DNA from: a virus | Virus record (IMG/VR): IMGVR_UViG_3300028586_000750 | Reading direction: 5' to 3' (one strand) | Length of the DNA stretch: 64,000 nt | Shown here: piece by piece, positions 1 through 9,907 of the stretch | Position numbering within the stretch: position 1 is the first letter of the stretch | Layout: each line of letters begins with the position of its first letter | Notes under the pieces: model-generated | What the model saw: the letters and a program-made list of their open reading frames with translations, nothing else | Told to the model about the DNA's origin: nothing | Databases searched by the model: none | Program-made: the position numbers and the translations under genes

Positions 1-153
1 CTATCTATAATAGTACAAAGAACCGTTTTACCTAAGAATTTAAAGTAGCAATTGCTAATCAGTAGAGCCTCAGCTACACCATATGGGAAAAGACAAGACG
101 ACTACATACAGAAAAACCCCACCAGTTATTGGTGGGGGTTTTCTGTATGTTCT

Positions 154-384
154 TTACATGAACGGAGCGGCAGCGTTTGCCAGACGGTGAAGCTTCCTCA
201 GACGCGGACGAGCGATGCAGCTAGCGATGAACACCAGACCAAGAACGACAGCGGGCGTCCACGTGAGGATACCCATGATAGCCAGGATACCGGTGACAAT
301 GCCGCCCCAAAGGCCAACACGACGGGCGATGATGTCAAGACCAAGGATGAACCCGATGAGGATGAAAGTACCGCGACCAATCAT
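154..384 (-). CDS. Small membrane protein
   Basis: 76 aa with two hydrophobic segments, purine-rich RBS, hairpin downstream. Confidence 0.75.
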   Translation of the reverse strand: MIGRGTFILIGFILGLDIIARRVGLWGGIVTGILAIMGILTWTPAVVLGLVFIASCIARPRLRKLHRLANAAAPFM

Positions 385-470
385 TATGTTTCTCTTTTCT
401 AAGTTAAGGGGAACTTGCTGATGAGTTTAGTTTACACACTATGGAACCTCAACGCAACTTCAAAGTGAAA

Positions 471-824
471 TTAATTTTTGAGGCTTTTTAGTTCATACAC
501 AGGGGAGATATTACCCATCTTGACAAAATCATAGGTTTTACCAACTGCTACTTTGTCATACGTTTCTTTGTGTGTAGTTAATTTACCACAAGCTGTTTCT
601 ACACGATACGAATGACCTCTGCGTGTGTTCCAATCACGTTTATCTTCAACTTTGCAGCTAGCCACCGTTTCTTGAAAAATCGCGCGGTCCAAACTAATAC
701 CACCAATGATAAATAAAGCTATCCCTAGAATAATACTTCCAAGGATAATCCCGTATTTTTGTTCTTGCTTTTGTTCTGGGGTCAGTTCCTTCTTGTTGCT
801 TCCCTTAACGTTTTTATCTACCAT
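471..824 (-). CDS. Membrane-anchored small beta-barrel (OB-like) protein
   Basis: One TM helix followed by C-x-V-x-DK...TYD...VGKTY.F; paralogue of 842-1141. Confidence 0.75.
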   Translation of the reverse strand: MVDKNVKGSNKKELTPEQKQEQKYGIILGSIILGIALFIIGGISLDRAIFQETVASCKVEDKRDWNTRRGHSYRVETACGKLTTHKETYDKVAVGKTYDFVKMGNISPVYELKSLKN

Positions 825-841
825 ATCAATATTTTACCAGG

Positions 842-1141
842 TTAGCGAGTTTCTTCACTAATACGGGCAGTGGGGATGATTGAACCAGAAACGTCAAAGG
901 TGTAGGTTTCACCAATCACAATGTCATCGTAAGTGGAGCGAGTAGTTGAATAGTCAGCACAAGAGGTTTGTAGCTTGTAATGCCAGTTCTTATTAAAGAA
1001 ACGGGTCTTGTCCGTGACAGTGCAGTTAGTGACTGTTTCATTAACAGTGACGTGATTGTAAATGAAGACACCGAGGAACCCAAGAAGGAAAATTCCACCG
1101 AGCAGAGAAAATACGGTCTGAACTTTTTCAAACTTACTCAT
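842..1141 (-). CDS. Membrane-anchored small beta-barrel protein, paralogue of 471-824
   Basis: TM helix plus CTVTDK...TYDDIVIGETYTF. Confidence 0.75.
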   Translation of the reverse strand: MSKFEKVQTVFSLLGGIFLLGFLGVFIYNHVTVNETVTNCTVTDKTRFFNKNWHYKLQTSCADYSTTRSTYDDIVIGETYTFDVSGSIIPTARISEETR

Positions 1142-1149
1142 TGTTTTCC

Positions 1150-1500
1150 CTACTTGAAGATGTTGTAACGAGTGATGGACGCGCTAAGAATGGTGCGCTT
1201 TGCGCCTAGCGAGATAACAGCAAGAACTTCATCAAGCTCTTCCTCGTTGCGGTCACCGGGACGGCTGAAAAGGTTGTTGTGGATGACGACTTCAAGAAGT
1301 TTGGTGGCTACTGAAAGCCCCGGCTCATCAGGGTGACCCAGAACAGTCTGGCGAGCAATGGACGCCTTAATGAGGCGGTCAAGAGGCTCACCCTTGGTAC
1401 TCATGATGATATCAGTGAGCTTGTCCTTATCCGTGTCAAAAAGAGCATCCAGCATGGGCAGGGTCTTAGCGGAGATAGGGTCAATAACAAGAGCAGGCAT
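1150..1500 (-). CDS. Hypothetical protein
   Basis: ORF 1150-1581; the ATG at 1500 (MPALVIDP) is preferred because it lies downstream of a -10-like TATGAT. Confidence 0.7.
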   Translation of the reverse strand: MPALVIDPISAKTLPMLDALFDTDKDKLTDIIMSTKGEPLDRLIKASIARQTVLGHPDEPGLSVATKLLEVVIHNNLFSRPGDRNEEELDEVLAVISLGAKRTILSASITRYNIFK

Positions 1501-1605
1501 GAGAACATCTTTCTGTGGAATGAACGATTTAATCCACTCTATCATAAGGTAATGGGAAAAGACAGGGTATTCACCAAACATTTGGTGAATACCCTGTCTT
1601 CAAAA

Positions 1606-2088
1606 TTACATTCTGACGGTTACTTGATGTTGAACAAGATTTTCGTCGTAGTAAAAAACTTTGTGGTTATCGTAAGCAGCAACAGTATCTTCATTAGTTA
1701 CGTCAAGAGGCCAGTGGAGCCTGAACCCACCGTTCTTTTCATAGAAAGCGTCAGCAACATCTGCTCGTACTTTGAATTCCTGATAAGAGAAAGGTGAATT
1801 CCTATACCACTTACCATAGTTCTTTTCCGAAATGCGACCTGATGAGTTAAACCATGCAGCGAAACCTTCTACGTTTTCGTATGTCTCGCTTCCTTCAAGG
1901 TAAACTTGGCTAATTTTTTCAACAACAGCAAGTAGTTCTTGCAATGCAGGCTCATCTTGATTTTCGTAAAAAGGGCCAGTAATTAGTTTCTTGTAGGCGT
2001 CACCGTCACCATGCATAACTTCAATTTCAACCTCAAAGCTTTTAGGCTTGTTTTTCTGTGGTAAGGCTGCGCCAATAATAAGTTCCAT
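1606..2088 (-). CDS. Hypothetical protein, paralogue of 6308-6784
   Basis: Shares FEV.I..M.GD.D.Y....GPF...QDE..L..LL and K.FYYDENLV.H.VTV. Confidence 0.8.
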   Translation of the reverse strand: MELIIGAALPQKNKPKSFEVEIEVMHGDGDAYKKLITGPFYENQDEPALQELLAVVEKISQVYLEGSETYENVEGFAAWFNSSGRISEKNYGKWYRNSPFSYQEFKVRADVADAFYEKNGGFRLHWPLDVTNEDTVAAYDNHKVFYYDENLVQHQVTVRM

Positions 2089-2168
2089 ACCATCTAGTAT
2101 ATCCCAAATACCCCTAAATAGCAATGACCCCTACCAGATTTCAACTGGTAGGGGTCATTGCTATTACG

Positions 2169-2459
2169 TTACTTGTCCAGGTGCACCTGAGCGAGAGCAG
2201 CCGCCTTCATGGCGAAAGTTGCAAGCGACTTAGCGGAGTACACCGCGACCGCAGCGGCAGCAATTGCGGTGAGGCCAAAAGCTGCAACCCACGCAGTGCC
2301 AACGATGGAGAAGATAGCCAGGAAGAGGCTAATGAAACCGGCGATGCCCATGACAACAGCAACACCCACCGAGAGGGCCATGATAGGCGCGAAGAGAAGG
2401 GGAGCAGCCGAGATAGCGACCTGGCCGACCGTCTTGCCGTTGCTGGTGATGTTGAGCAT
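2169..2459 (-). CDS. Small membrane protein
   Basis: AAGGAG RBS before ATG 2459; Ala/Ile-rich TM segments. Confidence 0.75.
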   Translation of the reverse strand: MLNITSNGKTVGQVAISAAPLLFAPIMALSVGVAVVMGIAGFISLFLAIFSIVGTAWVAAFGLTAIAAAAVAVYSAKSLATFAMKAAALAQVHLDK

Positions 2460-2611
2460 TTCATTCTCCTTGTTGGAAGTCCGTGTGTTGCTTACAAGAG
2501 AGACATTACACGCCTTTGTGACGGAACGCAACTCATTACCCAAAGTATTTTTAGACAAGAAATAGGTGTGGCCCTGACTGCATCAAAAGCCAGGGCCACA
2601 CCTATAGTTTT

Positions 2612-2839
2612 TTAAGCCTCTACAAGGACAGGGTAATCGTTAAGGCGCATCTTTGCCTTGCTTTCAGTGAAAAGAGTTGCGCTTGTGAAAAGACCGAAAG
2701 AGTTCGGAATTGTGGCACGCATTGCGGGAATGTAATCACCCGACTTGAACGGGTAAAGCTGAGTGCCCATGAGCGTGTTACCGGCGTATACAGCGGAAAC
2801 ACCAGTGGGACCGTTGACAACAAAAACATTGTGAGACAT
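2612..2839 (-). CDS. Hypothetical protein
   Basis: 75 aa ORF with AAGGA RBS. Confidence 0.7.
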   Translation of the reverse strand: MSHNVFVVNGPTGVSAVYAGNTLMGTQLYPFKSGDYIPAMRATIPNSFGLFTSATLFTESKAKMRLNDYPVLVEA

Positions 2840-2869
2840 ATTAAATCCTTAAAATTTTGAAGAGGAAGC

Positions 2870-3148
2870 TTAGATGTGGCGAGTGAGGAAGTGAGCCGCG
2901 TGCTTACGGGTGTTGTGGGCAAGCTGCAAACCGGACTTCAACTCGTCAAGGTGGACAAGTCCAGCCCAACCCTTGTGACGGTAAACGCGGTCAGGGATGC
3001 TAGGCGAGGGGTGAGACACGATACCAGATGCAACGTAGCCGTACGTACAGTCAGCGTCCTCAGCGTCAACAATCAGGTAGACAGCACGAATGTCGTCAAC
3101 CATCGTCAGGTCAGTGGTGTCAATTTTAGTGAAACGAACCTCAGGCAT
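2870..3148 (-). CDS. Hypothetical protein
   Basis: 92 aa ORF with AAGGA RBS and phage-like codon usage. Confidence 0.7.
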   Translation of the reverse strand: MPEVRFTKIDTTDLTMVDDIRAVYLIVDAEDADCTYGYVASGIVSHPSPSIPDRVYRHKGWAGLVHLDELKSGLQLAHNTRKHAAHFLTRHI

Positions 3149-3312
3149 TGGATTTCCTTAAAAGTGGGGGCGTGTTTTGCTTACAAGTTAGACACTACAC
3201 CAAGTTTGCGATTTTAGCAAAACTATTTAGTAATTCTTTTTATGCTGATGAGGTTGCTTTTAGTAACCGTGGAGACTATACTAGTGATAACAACTTATTA
3301 AGGGAGAACATC

Positions 3313-3474
3313 ATGGCTCAACCCACTAAAAAGCAGATTTCCGCCGTTCGTCGTCGTGAGGCTCATTTCACTAGGAAGGCTGTGAAGGCAATGATTGACG
3401 GAGACATGGTTAAGTATCGTGAGTTAGCTGATGAGCGCGACTGCCAGACTTCATGGCTTTACCGTTACGCTTGA
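3313..3474 (+). CDS. Small basic hypothetical protein
   Basis: AGGGAG RBS, ATG 3313 (MAQPTKKQ), followed by a hairpin. Confidence 0.7.
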   Translation: MAQPTKKQISAVRRREAHFTRKAVKAMIDGDMVKYRELADERDCQTSWLYRYA

Positions 3475-3530
3475 ATAATAAGGAAAGGGCCACAACCTAA
3501 TTTAGGTTGTGGCCCTTTCCTTATTCCTGG

Positions 3531-3779
3531 TTAGATAAGCTTACGTCGGTAGCTGTTTACGAAACCGTTGTAGAAGTAGCGCCAGATGAACACGAATGCT
3601 GCAAATCCAACGGCAAAGACTACAAAAGCGCCGACACTGAGTGCGTTAGTCACAACCGCTGCAATGACAAGAGCGAAGATAAATGGAGCAAGTACCCCGC
3701 TGAGGATGAGCACAGCAAACGTAACGGGCTGGTCCTTGATTGTTGCCAGTACAGGCTTAAGAGTTTTGAGAGCCTTCAT
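3531..3779 (-). CDS. Small membrane protein
   Basis: MKALKTLK start after AGAAGGA; two TM segments. Confidence 0.7.
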   Translation of the reverse strand: MKALKTLKPVLATIKDQPVTFAVLILSGVLAPFIFALVIAAVVTNALSVGAFVVFAVGFAAFVFIWRYFYNGFVNSYRRKLI

Positions 3780-3995
3780 TATTTTCCTTCTGTTGTAAAC
3801 GGATAGGTACATATACCATTATACGCCCCCTAAAGGGGCATGTCAACTAGCAACTATGGGAAAAGACACTTAATTCTAGCTAGTAAAGCTTGGGTTAAGT
3901 CCAGCCAAAATATGTTTTCGTTTAGACTTGCGTTTGCTAGCGAAACCTGTTAAGTTTCCCTTGTAACCACTTCCCGCTCACAAAAGGAACAAACC

Positions 3996-4277
3996 ATGTT
4001 CATCCCTACGGCTACCGCTGACGTTAAGAAAATGGCTGCTAAGGCTTCCATTGCTGCTCGTCCGGCTAAGAGCATTCAGAGCCTTGATGCTCGTCGTCAG
4101 GCCGCCGCTACGGCTCACCGTGTGGCTGTCATGACCACTGACCTGTGTGCAATGACTAACCGTAACGTCACTCACGGTATGCCTATTCGTAAGGCTTACG
4201 CTGATGCTCGTACTCGTGTTGCTAACACGTCTGATGCTCTGGCGCTGGTCAAGTGGGTTGAAACTTTCTCTCGTTAA
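3996..4277 (+). CDS. Basic Ala/Arg-rich hypothetical protein
   Basis: AAAGGA RBS; 93 aa. Confidence 0.75.
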   Translation: MFIPTATADVKKMAAKASIAARPAKSIQSLDARRQAAATAHRVAVMTTDLCAMTNRNVTHGMPIRKAYADARTRVANTSDALALVKWVETFSR

Positions 4278-4360
4278 CAAATGCAGTATCGCCAAAACAC
4301 TTTGGCGACCTTACAAAAATATGTCTTGTAAAAGACAAGAAAGCGTGCTAGCCTAATATT

Positions 4361-4630
4361 ATGTCTGATACCACTGCAACTACTACCCCTAAGTACCCTG
4401 CTCTCAACAAGATGATTGAGAAGCTTGACAACCGCCCTGCTGGTCACGGCGGTTATGTCACAGGTCGTGATGAGGTTATTGATATTCTCAGTAGCCTTTC
4501 CAAGCTTGTCCCTGCAAGCGTCATCCTTGACCGTAGCTATAATGACACTGACGGTGTTTCAGCAACCATTACGGTCAGGGTCACGGTTTCTCGTTCTGAG
4601 CTTGCTGAGCTAGACGCTGAAAACGCCTAA
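4361..4630 (+). CDS. Hypothetical protein (leaderless)
   Basis: -10 TAGCCT + 6 nt + ATG; 29-bp hairpin follows. Confidence 0.75.
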   Translation: MSDTTATTTPKYPALNKMIEKLDNRPAGHGGYVTGRDEVIDILSSLSKLVPASVILDRSYNDTDGVSATITVRVTVSRSELAELDAENA

Positions 4631-4765
4631 CCCTTCCTATTACGCAAACTAAAACTGCCCCTACATTATCTGTAGGGGCAGTTTTAGTTTGCGTAATAGC
4701 GAATTGTAGTGTAGGTTTTATTCAAGCAAGCAAACCACTTCAAATTTAGAGAAAGTTGATTGATT

Positions 4766-5101
4766 ATGAACGGCATCAAGAACATTCAGGACAACTACAA
4801 CCTCACGCTTAACCGTTTGCTGGCGGTGGAAGGTGAAACTTCCCGAATTCTTGACATTCGTTTCCGTCTGACCCTCAGCGATGGAACCGTTCTTCCTGCT
4901 TCCAACCTCATTCTCAACGGTAAAAGCATTGGGGACGCAACCATTCCTGACACGACCACCTTTGAAGGATGTACTGAGCTTTGCATTCAGACGATGCGTA
5001 TTGTTCTTGACCTTCCTGCCCCTCTGTTCCACCCCATCCTTGAAGTTTCGGCTTATGCTTTTGAGACTAGCGATATTGATGTGAAGGTTTACGTTCAGTA
5101 G
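4766..5101 (+). CDS. Hypothetical protein
   Basis: About 111 aa ORF followed by a hairpin. Confidence 0.7.
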   Translation: MNGIKNIQDNYNLTLNRLLAVEGETSRILDIRFRLTLSDGTVLPASNLILNGKSIGDATIPDTTTFEGCTELCIQTMRIVLDLPAPLFHPILEVSAYAFETSDIDVKVYVQ

Positions 5102-5201
5102 TTTTTACGAGAAAGCGGCCAATCGGTTAATCCTGGTTGGCCGCTTTCTCGTGTCTATGGGAAAAGACAAGCTGAATGTTCCCTTCAATATTCAGACAGA
5201 G

Positions 5202-5231
5202 TTGACACTAGGCAGAAAGAAGGGTTAGACT
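5202..5231 (+). promoter_or_regulatory. SigA-type promoter, leaderless start of 5238 gene
   Basis: TTGACA-18-TAGACT, then 6 nt, then ATG. Confidence 0.75.
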
Positions 5232-5237
5232 GTACCT

Positions 5238-6179
5238 ATGTTCAAGAAGCTCGCCGCACTGCTCCCCGTGCTCGCCCTGACCCTCACCGGCTGTGCCGTT
5301 AACATGGAGTTTCAGGATGACACCACGCCTTCGGTTTCGCAGGAAGCAACTACCCTTCCTGCTGAGGCCCCTACCGTTGAGGGTGTTATCTCCGCTGAGA
5401 CTGTTACCAAGCTGAATGAGCTTGTTGTTGCGGATGAGGCCCACGATGACACGTACAGCCAGGATGAGTTCAAGTTCTGGGTCCGTAAGAACGACACCGG
5501 GTGTGACACTCGTTTCGCTGTTCTTAAGCGAGACAGCCTTTCCGGTTTCAGTGCCAACAAGTGTGAAATCACTGGTGGCGAGTGGTTCTCTTCGTACGAT
5601 GCTCTAACGGTCACTGACGCTTCTAAGCTTGACATTGACCACATGGTTCCTCGTTCTGAGGCATGGCGTTCTGGCGCTTCTGAGTGGACCGCTGATGAGC
5701 GAGAGAACTTCGCCAACGACCTTAGCAACCCTGCTACTCTTGTTGCTGTTTCCGCTTCTTCTAACCGCTCCAAGAGTGACAATGACCCTAGCAAGTGGAT
5801 GCCTGCTACGGATGCTTGTATTTACCTTACGAACTGGGTTGATGTGAAGCACCAGTGGAAGCTTACGGTTGATGCAACAGAAAAGACGAAGATTGTTAGC
5901 ACTATGTCTTTCTGTGCTATGGATGAGGCGACCGCTGCTCTTCTTCCTGACGTGACTAATGTTGTCAACTCGGATGGTTCTATTCCTGGTGCGGCTATTG
6001 CAACGGATGCGCCTGCTGAGACTGCTGCTCCCGTTGAGGCTGGTACGGACGGTAACGACCCTCGTTTTGACACTTGCGCTGATGTTAAAAAGAATGGTTA
6101 TGGTCCTTACACTCAGGGAACTGACGTTGAGTATGACTGGTACCGTGACGGTAACAGCGACGGTGTTACTTGCACCTAA
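5238..6179 (+). CDS. Lipoprotein with DUF1524 (HNH-like, GmrSD C-terminal type) nuclease domain and C-terminal Excalibur Ca-binding domain
   Basis: Lipobox LTGC; DIDHMVP...AW.SGA..W...R..FAND...L.AVS..SN.SK.D.DP..W.P; C-terminal F.TCA......YGPY..G.D.EY.W..DG..DG..C. Confidence 0.85.
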   Translation: MFKKLAALLPVLALTLTGCAVNMEFQDDTTPSVSQEATTLPAEAPTVEGVISAETVTKLNELVVADEAHDDTYSQDEFKFWVRKNDTGCDTRFAVLKRDSLSGFSANKCEITGGEWFSSYDALTVTDASKLDIDHMVPRSEAWRSGASEWTADERENFANDLSNPATLVAVSASSNRSKSDNDPSKWMPATDACIYLTNWVDVKHQWKLTVDATEKTKIVSTMSFCAMDEATAALLPDVTNVVNSDGSIPGAAIATDAPAETAAPVEAGTDGNDPRFDTCADVKKNGYGPYTQGTDVEYDWYRDGNSDGVTCT

Positions 6180-6307
6180 GAATTAATGAGTGTGGCCCTT
6201 TACCTGATATCAGGTAAAGGGCCACACTCATTTTTATTACCTTTTCGTAATCAAAAACATCTAATTACGAAAAGGTAATAATGATTAGCTATTGGGAAAA
6301 GACATTA

Positions 6308-6784
6308 TTACTCTACTGTTACGAAATGAGCAACAAGGTTTTCATCATAGAAAACAATCTTGTGACCATCGTAGCTATTAGGGCTATCAGTGAATTCGGA
6401 ATAAGGCCAGTTAGGATAGTTATTTGTTTTCTTGCAGAATTGTAAAACCCTTGTTTTGTAAGCAATTAGCTCTTGCTGCTTTTCTTCATCGTCAAAGAAA
6501 TAACTGGCTATTTCTGGGGTTTCAATAATTTCATCACGGAACCAGGCTAAATGGCCTACTAGTTTGGAGTATCCACTACGCCTTCCACCATTGGGGTAAG
6601 TATCATCCATTTCTTTTAACGTAGCAAGCAAGCCTTCTAGTAACTCTTCATCTTGACCTTTAGAGAACGGACCTACAACTACATCCTCATATCCGTCAGC
6701 ATCGCCAAGCATTGTACTTATAGTGACTTCAAAGGTGTTGGGCTTTTTCTCAGTTGGAATTACATCACCAATAACAAATTTCAT
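6308..6784 (-). CDS. Hypothetical protein, paralogue of 1606-2088
   Basis: Shared motifs as noted above. Confidence 0.8.
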   Translation of the reverse strand: MKFVIGDVIPTEKKPNTFEVTISTMLGDADGYEDVVVGPFSKGQDEELLEGLLATLKEMDDTYPNGGRRSGYSKLVGHLAWFRDEIIETPEIASYFFDDEEKQQELIAYKTRVLQFCKKTNNYPNWPYSEFTDSPNSYDGHKIVFYDENLVAHFVTVE

Positions 6785-7038
6785 TTCTTATCCTCAATTT
6801 GAGTACCATCATTAAATACAACGTCATAGCCAATGACAAATTCTAGAGAATTAGCAATCCAACGGATTTGCGCCATAGTAAGGTCAACCCCACCATGAAC
6901 ACACAAGTAGGTGTATTCTAAGGAGTAATCAAGCTTACGCGCTAACTCTTCAAGGGAAATTGGGGACTTCTCAAACTGCTCTTGGATGAGAGCTAATAGA
7001 GGGTCACCAGCGGCTAAGTTTTCTAAAGTTTTGGGCAT
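6781..7038 (-). CDS. Cro/C1-type HTH DNA-binding protein
   Basis: ISLEELARKLDYSLEY...GGVDLTMAQIRWIANSL resembles an XRE HTH. Confidence 0.65.
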   Translation of the reverse strand: MPKTLENLAAGDPLLALIQEQFEKSPISLEELARKLDYSLEYTYLCVHGGVDLTMAQIRWIANSLEFVIGYDVVFNDGTQIEDKK

Positions 7039-7300
7039 ACTATTCTGTCGTAAATGATGGGACTTGTGTATCTCTAGTATATCAGATTATGAACCCGAAT
7101 TCAAGCTTTATGCACACCCTAGATACACGCTCTAAGCCTTTCTGCGCCATTCTGAGCGCCTTGCACGGTATGAGCGCAAGGACGCCGGTACTTTACTGTG
7201 CAAAGGCTTAGAATAGCTTCTAGCATCGTTGTATTTTCGCAGGTAACCTGATAGTGTTAGTAACACTTAATTCTATTTTAGACGAAAGCAAGGTTATAAC

Positions 7301-7639
7301 ATGACTGTTCTTCTGCTTGACGATGAGCGTTCTTTCAAGAATGGACGCAGAAGCTTCGTTGCCCGCACTGTAGATAAGGCAATTGAACTGACGGACCCGT
7401 TGGATGAGCTTGATGAGCTTTGGTTGGACTATGTTCTAGCAGGATGGGCTTCCACTGACGAGTTCCTTTACCACCTTCTAAAGAGGAAGCGTGAAGGTAA
7501 CCCTTTGGTCCTAAAGACTGTGTACATTCACACTTCTTCCTTCTCGGCAGTTGAACTTCTTCAAAAGCTTCTTTCCGACCTAGAGGTTCCGGCAAAAGAC
7601 ATTATTGTTGTCAACTACAAAGATTACATGAACGACTAA
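7301..7639 (+). CDS. Cyclic-phosphate processing receiver domain protein
   Basis: LLLDDER...ART...AI.......LWLDY.L...........L....IHTSS motif set of stand-alone phage receiver domains. Confidence 0.7.
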   Translation: MTVLLLDDERSFKNGRRSFVARTVDKAIELTDPLDELDELWLDYVLAGWASTDEFLYHLLKRKREGNPLVLKTVYIHTSSFSAVELLQKLLSDLEVPAKDIIVVNYKDYMND

Positions 7640-7653
7640 AAGGGAGAAACGAA

Positions 7654-7818
7654 ATGGCAACTTTCACGTCCAAAGAAAAAGCAATGAAAGTCATCTGGGA
7701 AGGTGAAGGCCACAAATGGGATGACCTTTACGAGTATCCCTATACTGACCATGAGCGTGAAGAAATTCTTACTCGCTTGAAGCTAACCGTAGAAAACTTG
7801 CAGAAACTCATTTCTTAA
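7654..7818 (+). CDS. Small hypothetical protein (54 aa)
   Basis: AGGGAG RBS, ATG 7654 to TAA 7818, hairpin follows; below the ORF track cutoff. Confidence 0.65.
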   Translation: MATFTSKEKAMKVIWEGEGHKWDDLYEYPYTDHEREEILTRLKLTVENLQKLIS

Positions 7819-8093
7819 AAAGTGTGGCCTTACCAGAACTAACTGGTAAGGCCACACTTGGTTCCATCAAAAGTTTTTAAATACCAGCCAGCCTGAACAT
7901 GATGTGAAAGTACAGCTTTTATGATCTTTTGTTGAATTACATTTTTACATTAAAGCCTCGTTGAACGAGCACTGTTTACATGTCATTGGCTCACTAGTTT
8001 CCATCAAACTGCCAAAGTTTTTAATGGCTACTTCACAATAAAAGCGTAGTTTGAAAGAAGGATCTTTTCGGAACTACGCTTTCGTTGTTAAAG

Positions 8094-9788
8094 TTAACGT
8101 TGGGTCTTGTGAGTATTCGCGTGCTCTAAAAGCTCTGCTGCGTGAGCGCGACCAGTTTCACTGTTGCTCATACCAGATAGCATACGAGCTAATTCTTCAA
8201 GGCGGTCCTCTGTACTTAGCTGCGCAACGCTTGTTTCTGTGAATGTATCAGTGCTGCTCTTTTGTACACGCAAGTGGTTATCTGCATATGCTGCCACCTG
8301 AGGTAAGTGAGTGACAACAATTACTTGTGCTTCTGCTGCGAGGGAAGACAACCTTTTACCAATTTCAATAGCTGTAGCTCCACCAACTCCACTGTCTACC
8401 TCATCAAAAATGAACGTAGGCGTGATATCTGGGTTTGCTAGGACAACTTCTAAGGCAAGCATGATACGTGATAGTTCTCCACCGCTTGCTGCTTTATTGA
8501 TAGGACGAGCATTAGTTGCACCAGGCATTTTGAGCATGAAATTTACTTCATCTGCGCCTGTACTTGAAAAACTTCCTACGTTGATTTCAATGACTAGTTT
8601 GTTTCCAGCCATTGCTAGACCAGCGAGTTCTTTGTTCACTTCTTTGGATAGACGTGCTGCTGCTTCTGTCCTGATTTTTGTGACAATACCAGCATGTTCT
8701 TCAAGTTTTTTAGCTAGTTCAATAAATTGGCGATCTAGCTTCTCAACATTGTTTGCCTCAGGGTTGAGGTCTACTAGTTTTTCATCGCTTTTCTGCCAGT
8801 ATTCAATGACATCATCAAGGGTCACGCCATATTTTCTAACTAGGCGATTCAAATCAGCAAGACGTTCTTGGGCCTGGTTTAGACGGTAGATGCTGTCTCC
8901 ATCAATGTTGTCTAGGTAGCTGCTGAGAGCATCTTTAAGTTCTTGGGCTTCATCAAGGACAGTTTCAGCTTTGTCGGAAATCTTCTGCATTTCTGGGTCG
9001 TACTCTGCTGCACTTTGAAGAGCTTTGACTGCTACTACCAGTTGGGAAAAGACATTAGCTACTTCGTAATCTTCGGGGTCAATAGCTGCTAACGCTTCAA
9101 CTGCCGAATTTTTTAATGCATCCACGTTTGTTAGTGTTGCGATCTCTTGTTTAAGAAGATCATCTTCGTTGGGTGTTGGGTTTACTTCACTGATTTCAGC
9201 TACAGCTAAAGTCAAATCATCAAACTCTCGTTGACGAGCGGAGGCGTTAACTTTAACATCCTTGATAGTACGAGCTAGCTCTTTCCACTCTTGGTGAACT
9301 TCGCCGTATTTTTTTAATGCAGAAGTAAGCTTGTCTCCGGCATAGCGATCTAAAGCATCAAGCTGAGCAACGCTGCTTTTAAGACGAATTTGGTCTGACT
9401 GACCGTGAATGTTAACCAACCCGCCACCAATTTTTGCAAGAATGCTGGCTGGCGTAGTTTTTCCGCCTAATACTGCTCGGCTTTTGCCATCTGTGTTGAC
9501 GGTACGGTTAATGTACAACTGGTCATCTTCTACTACTGCGCCTGTTTCCAAAATGTCAGGCAATGAGTTTAATCCTGCGACGTTCCAACACCCTTCAATA
9601 GATGTGAACTCTTTACCGTGACGCACAATACTGGCGTCACTACGTTTACCTAGTAGCAACTGGACTGCGGTAAGCACCATTGTTTTACCTGCACCAGTTT
9701 CACCAGTGATAACGGTCAGCCCTTTCGTAAAAGGCAAACGGGTATGACTGATAACACCTAGGTTGTGAATTGAAATTTCTTCTAGCAT
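8094..9788 (-). CDS. recN: DNA repair protein RecN
   Basis: Walker A GETGAGKT, long coiled coil, signature ASGGELSR, Walker B/D-loop FIFDEVDSG, THLPQVAA; actinobacterial-type N-terminus MLEEISIHNLGVI. Confidence 0.95.
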   Translation of the reverse strand: MLEEISIHNLGVISHTRLPFTKGLTVITGETGAGKTMVLTAVQLLLGKRSDASIVRHGKEFTSIEGCWNVAGLNSLPDILETGAVVEDDQLYINRTVNTDGKSRAVLGGKTTPASILAKIGGGLVNIHGQSDQIRLKSSVAQLDALDRYAGDKLTSALKKYGEVHQEWKELARTIKDVKVNASARQREFDDLTLAVAEISEVNPTPNEDDLLKQEIATLTNVDALKNSAVEALAAIDPEDYEVANVFSQLVVAVKALQSAAEYDPEMQKISDKAETVLDEAQELKDALSSYLDNIDGDSIYRLNQAQERLADLNRLVRKYGVTLDDVIEYWQKSDEKLVDLNPEANNVEKLDRQFIELAKKLEEHAGIVTKIRTEAAARLSKEVNKELAGLAMAGNKLVIEINVGSFSSTGADEVNFMLKMPGATNARPINKAASGGELSRIMLALEVVLANPDITPTFIFDEVDSGVGGATAIEIGKRLSSLAAEAQVIVVTHLPQVAAYADNHLRVQKSSTDTFTETSVAQLSTEDRLEELARMLSGMSNSETGRAHAAELLEHANTHKTQR

Positions 9789-9907
9789 TTTCTTTTTCTG
9801 TCTCAGTAACTACATAAGTCTACCTTATAAATAGAAATGGGATAAGTTTTACTGTACCTCCGCGTTTTCCACGTTAACCAAAGTTTTTGATGCGTTAGAT
9901 ATAAAGC

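Noticed and set aside
7866-8005. Cys-rich - strand ORF METSEPMTCKQCSFNEALM*KCNSTKDHKSC... interrupted by TAA
   Set aside because: It is short, has no convincing RBS and has no family match. It could be a decayed gene, but I cannot support it.
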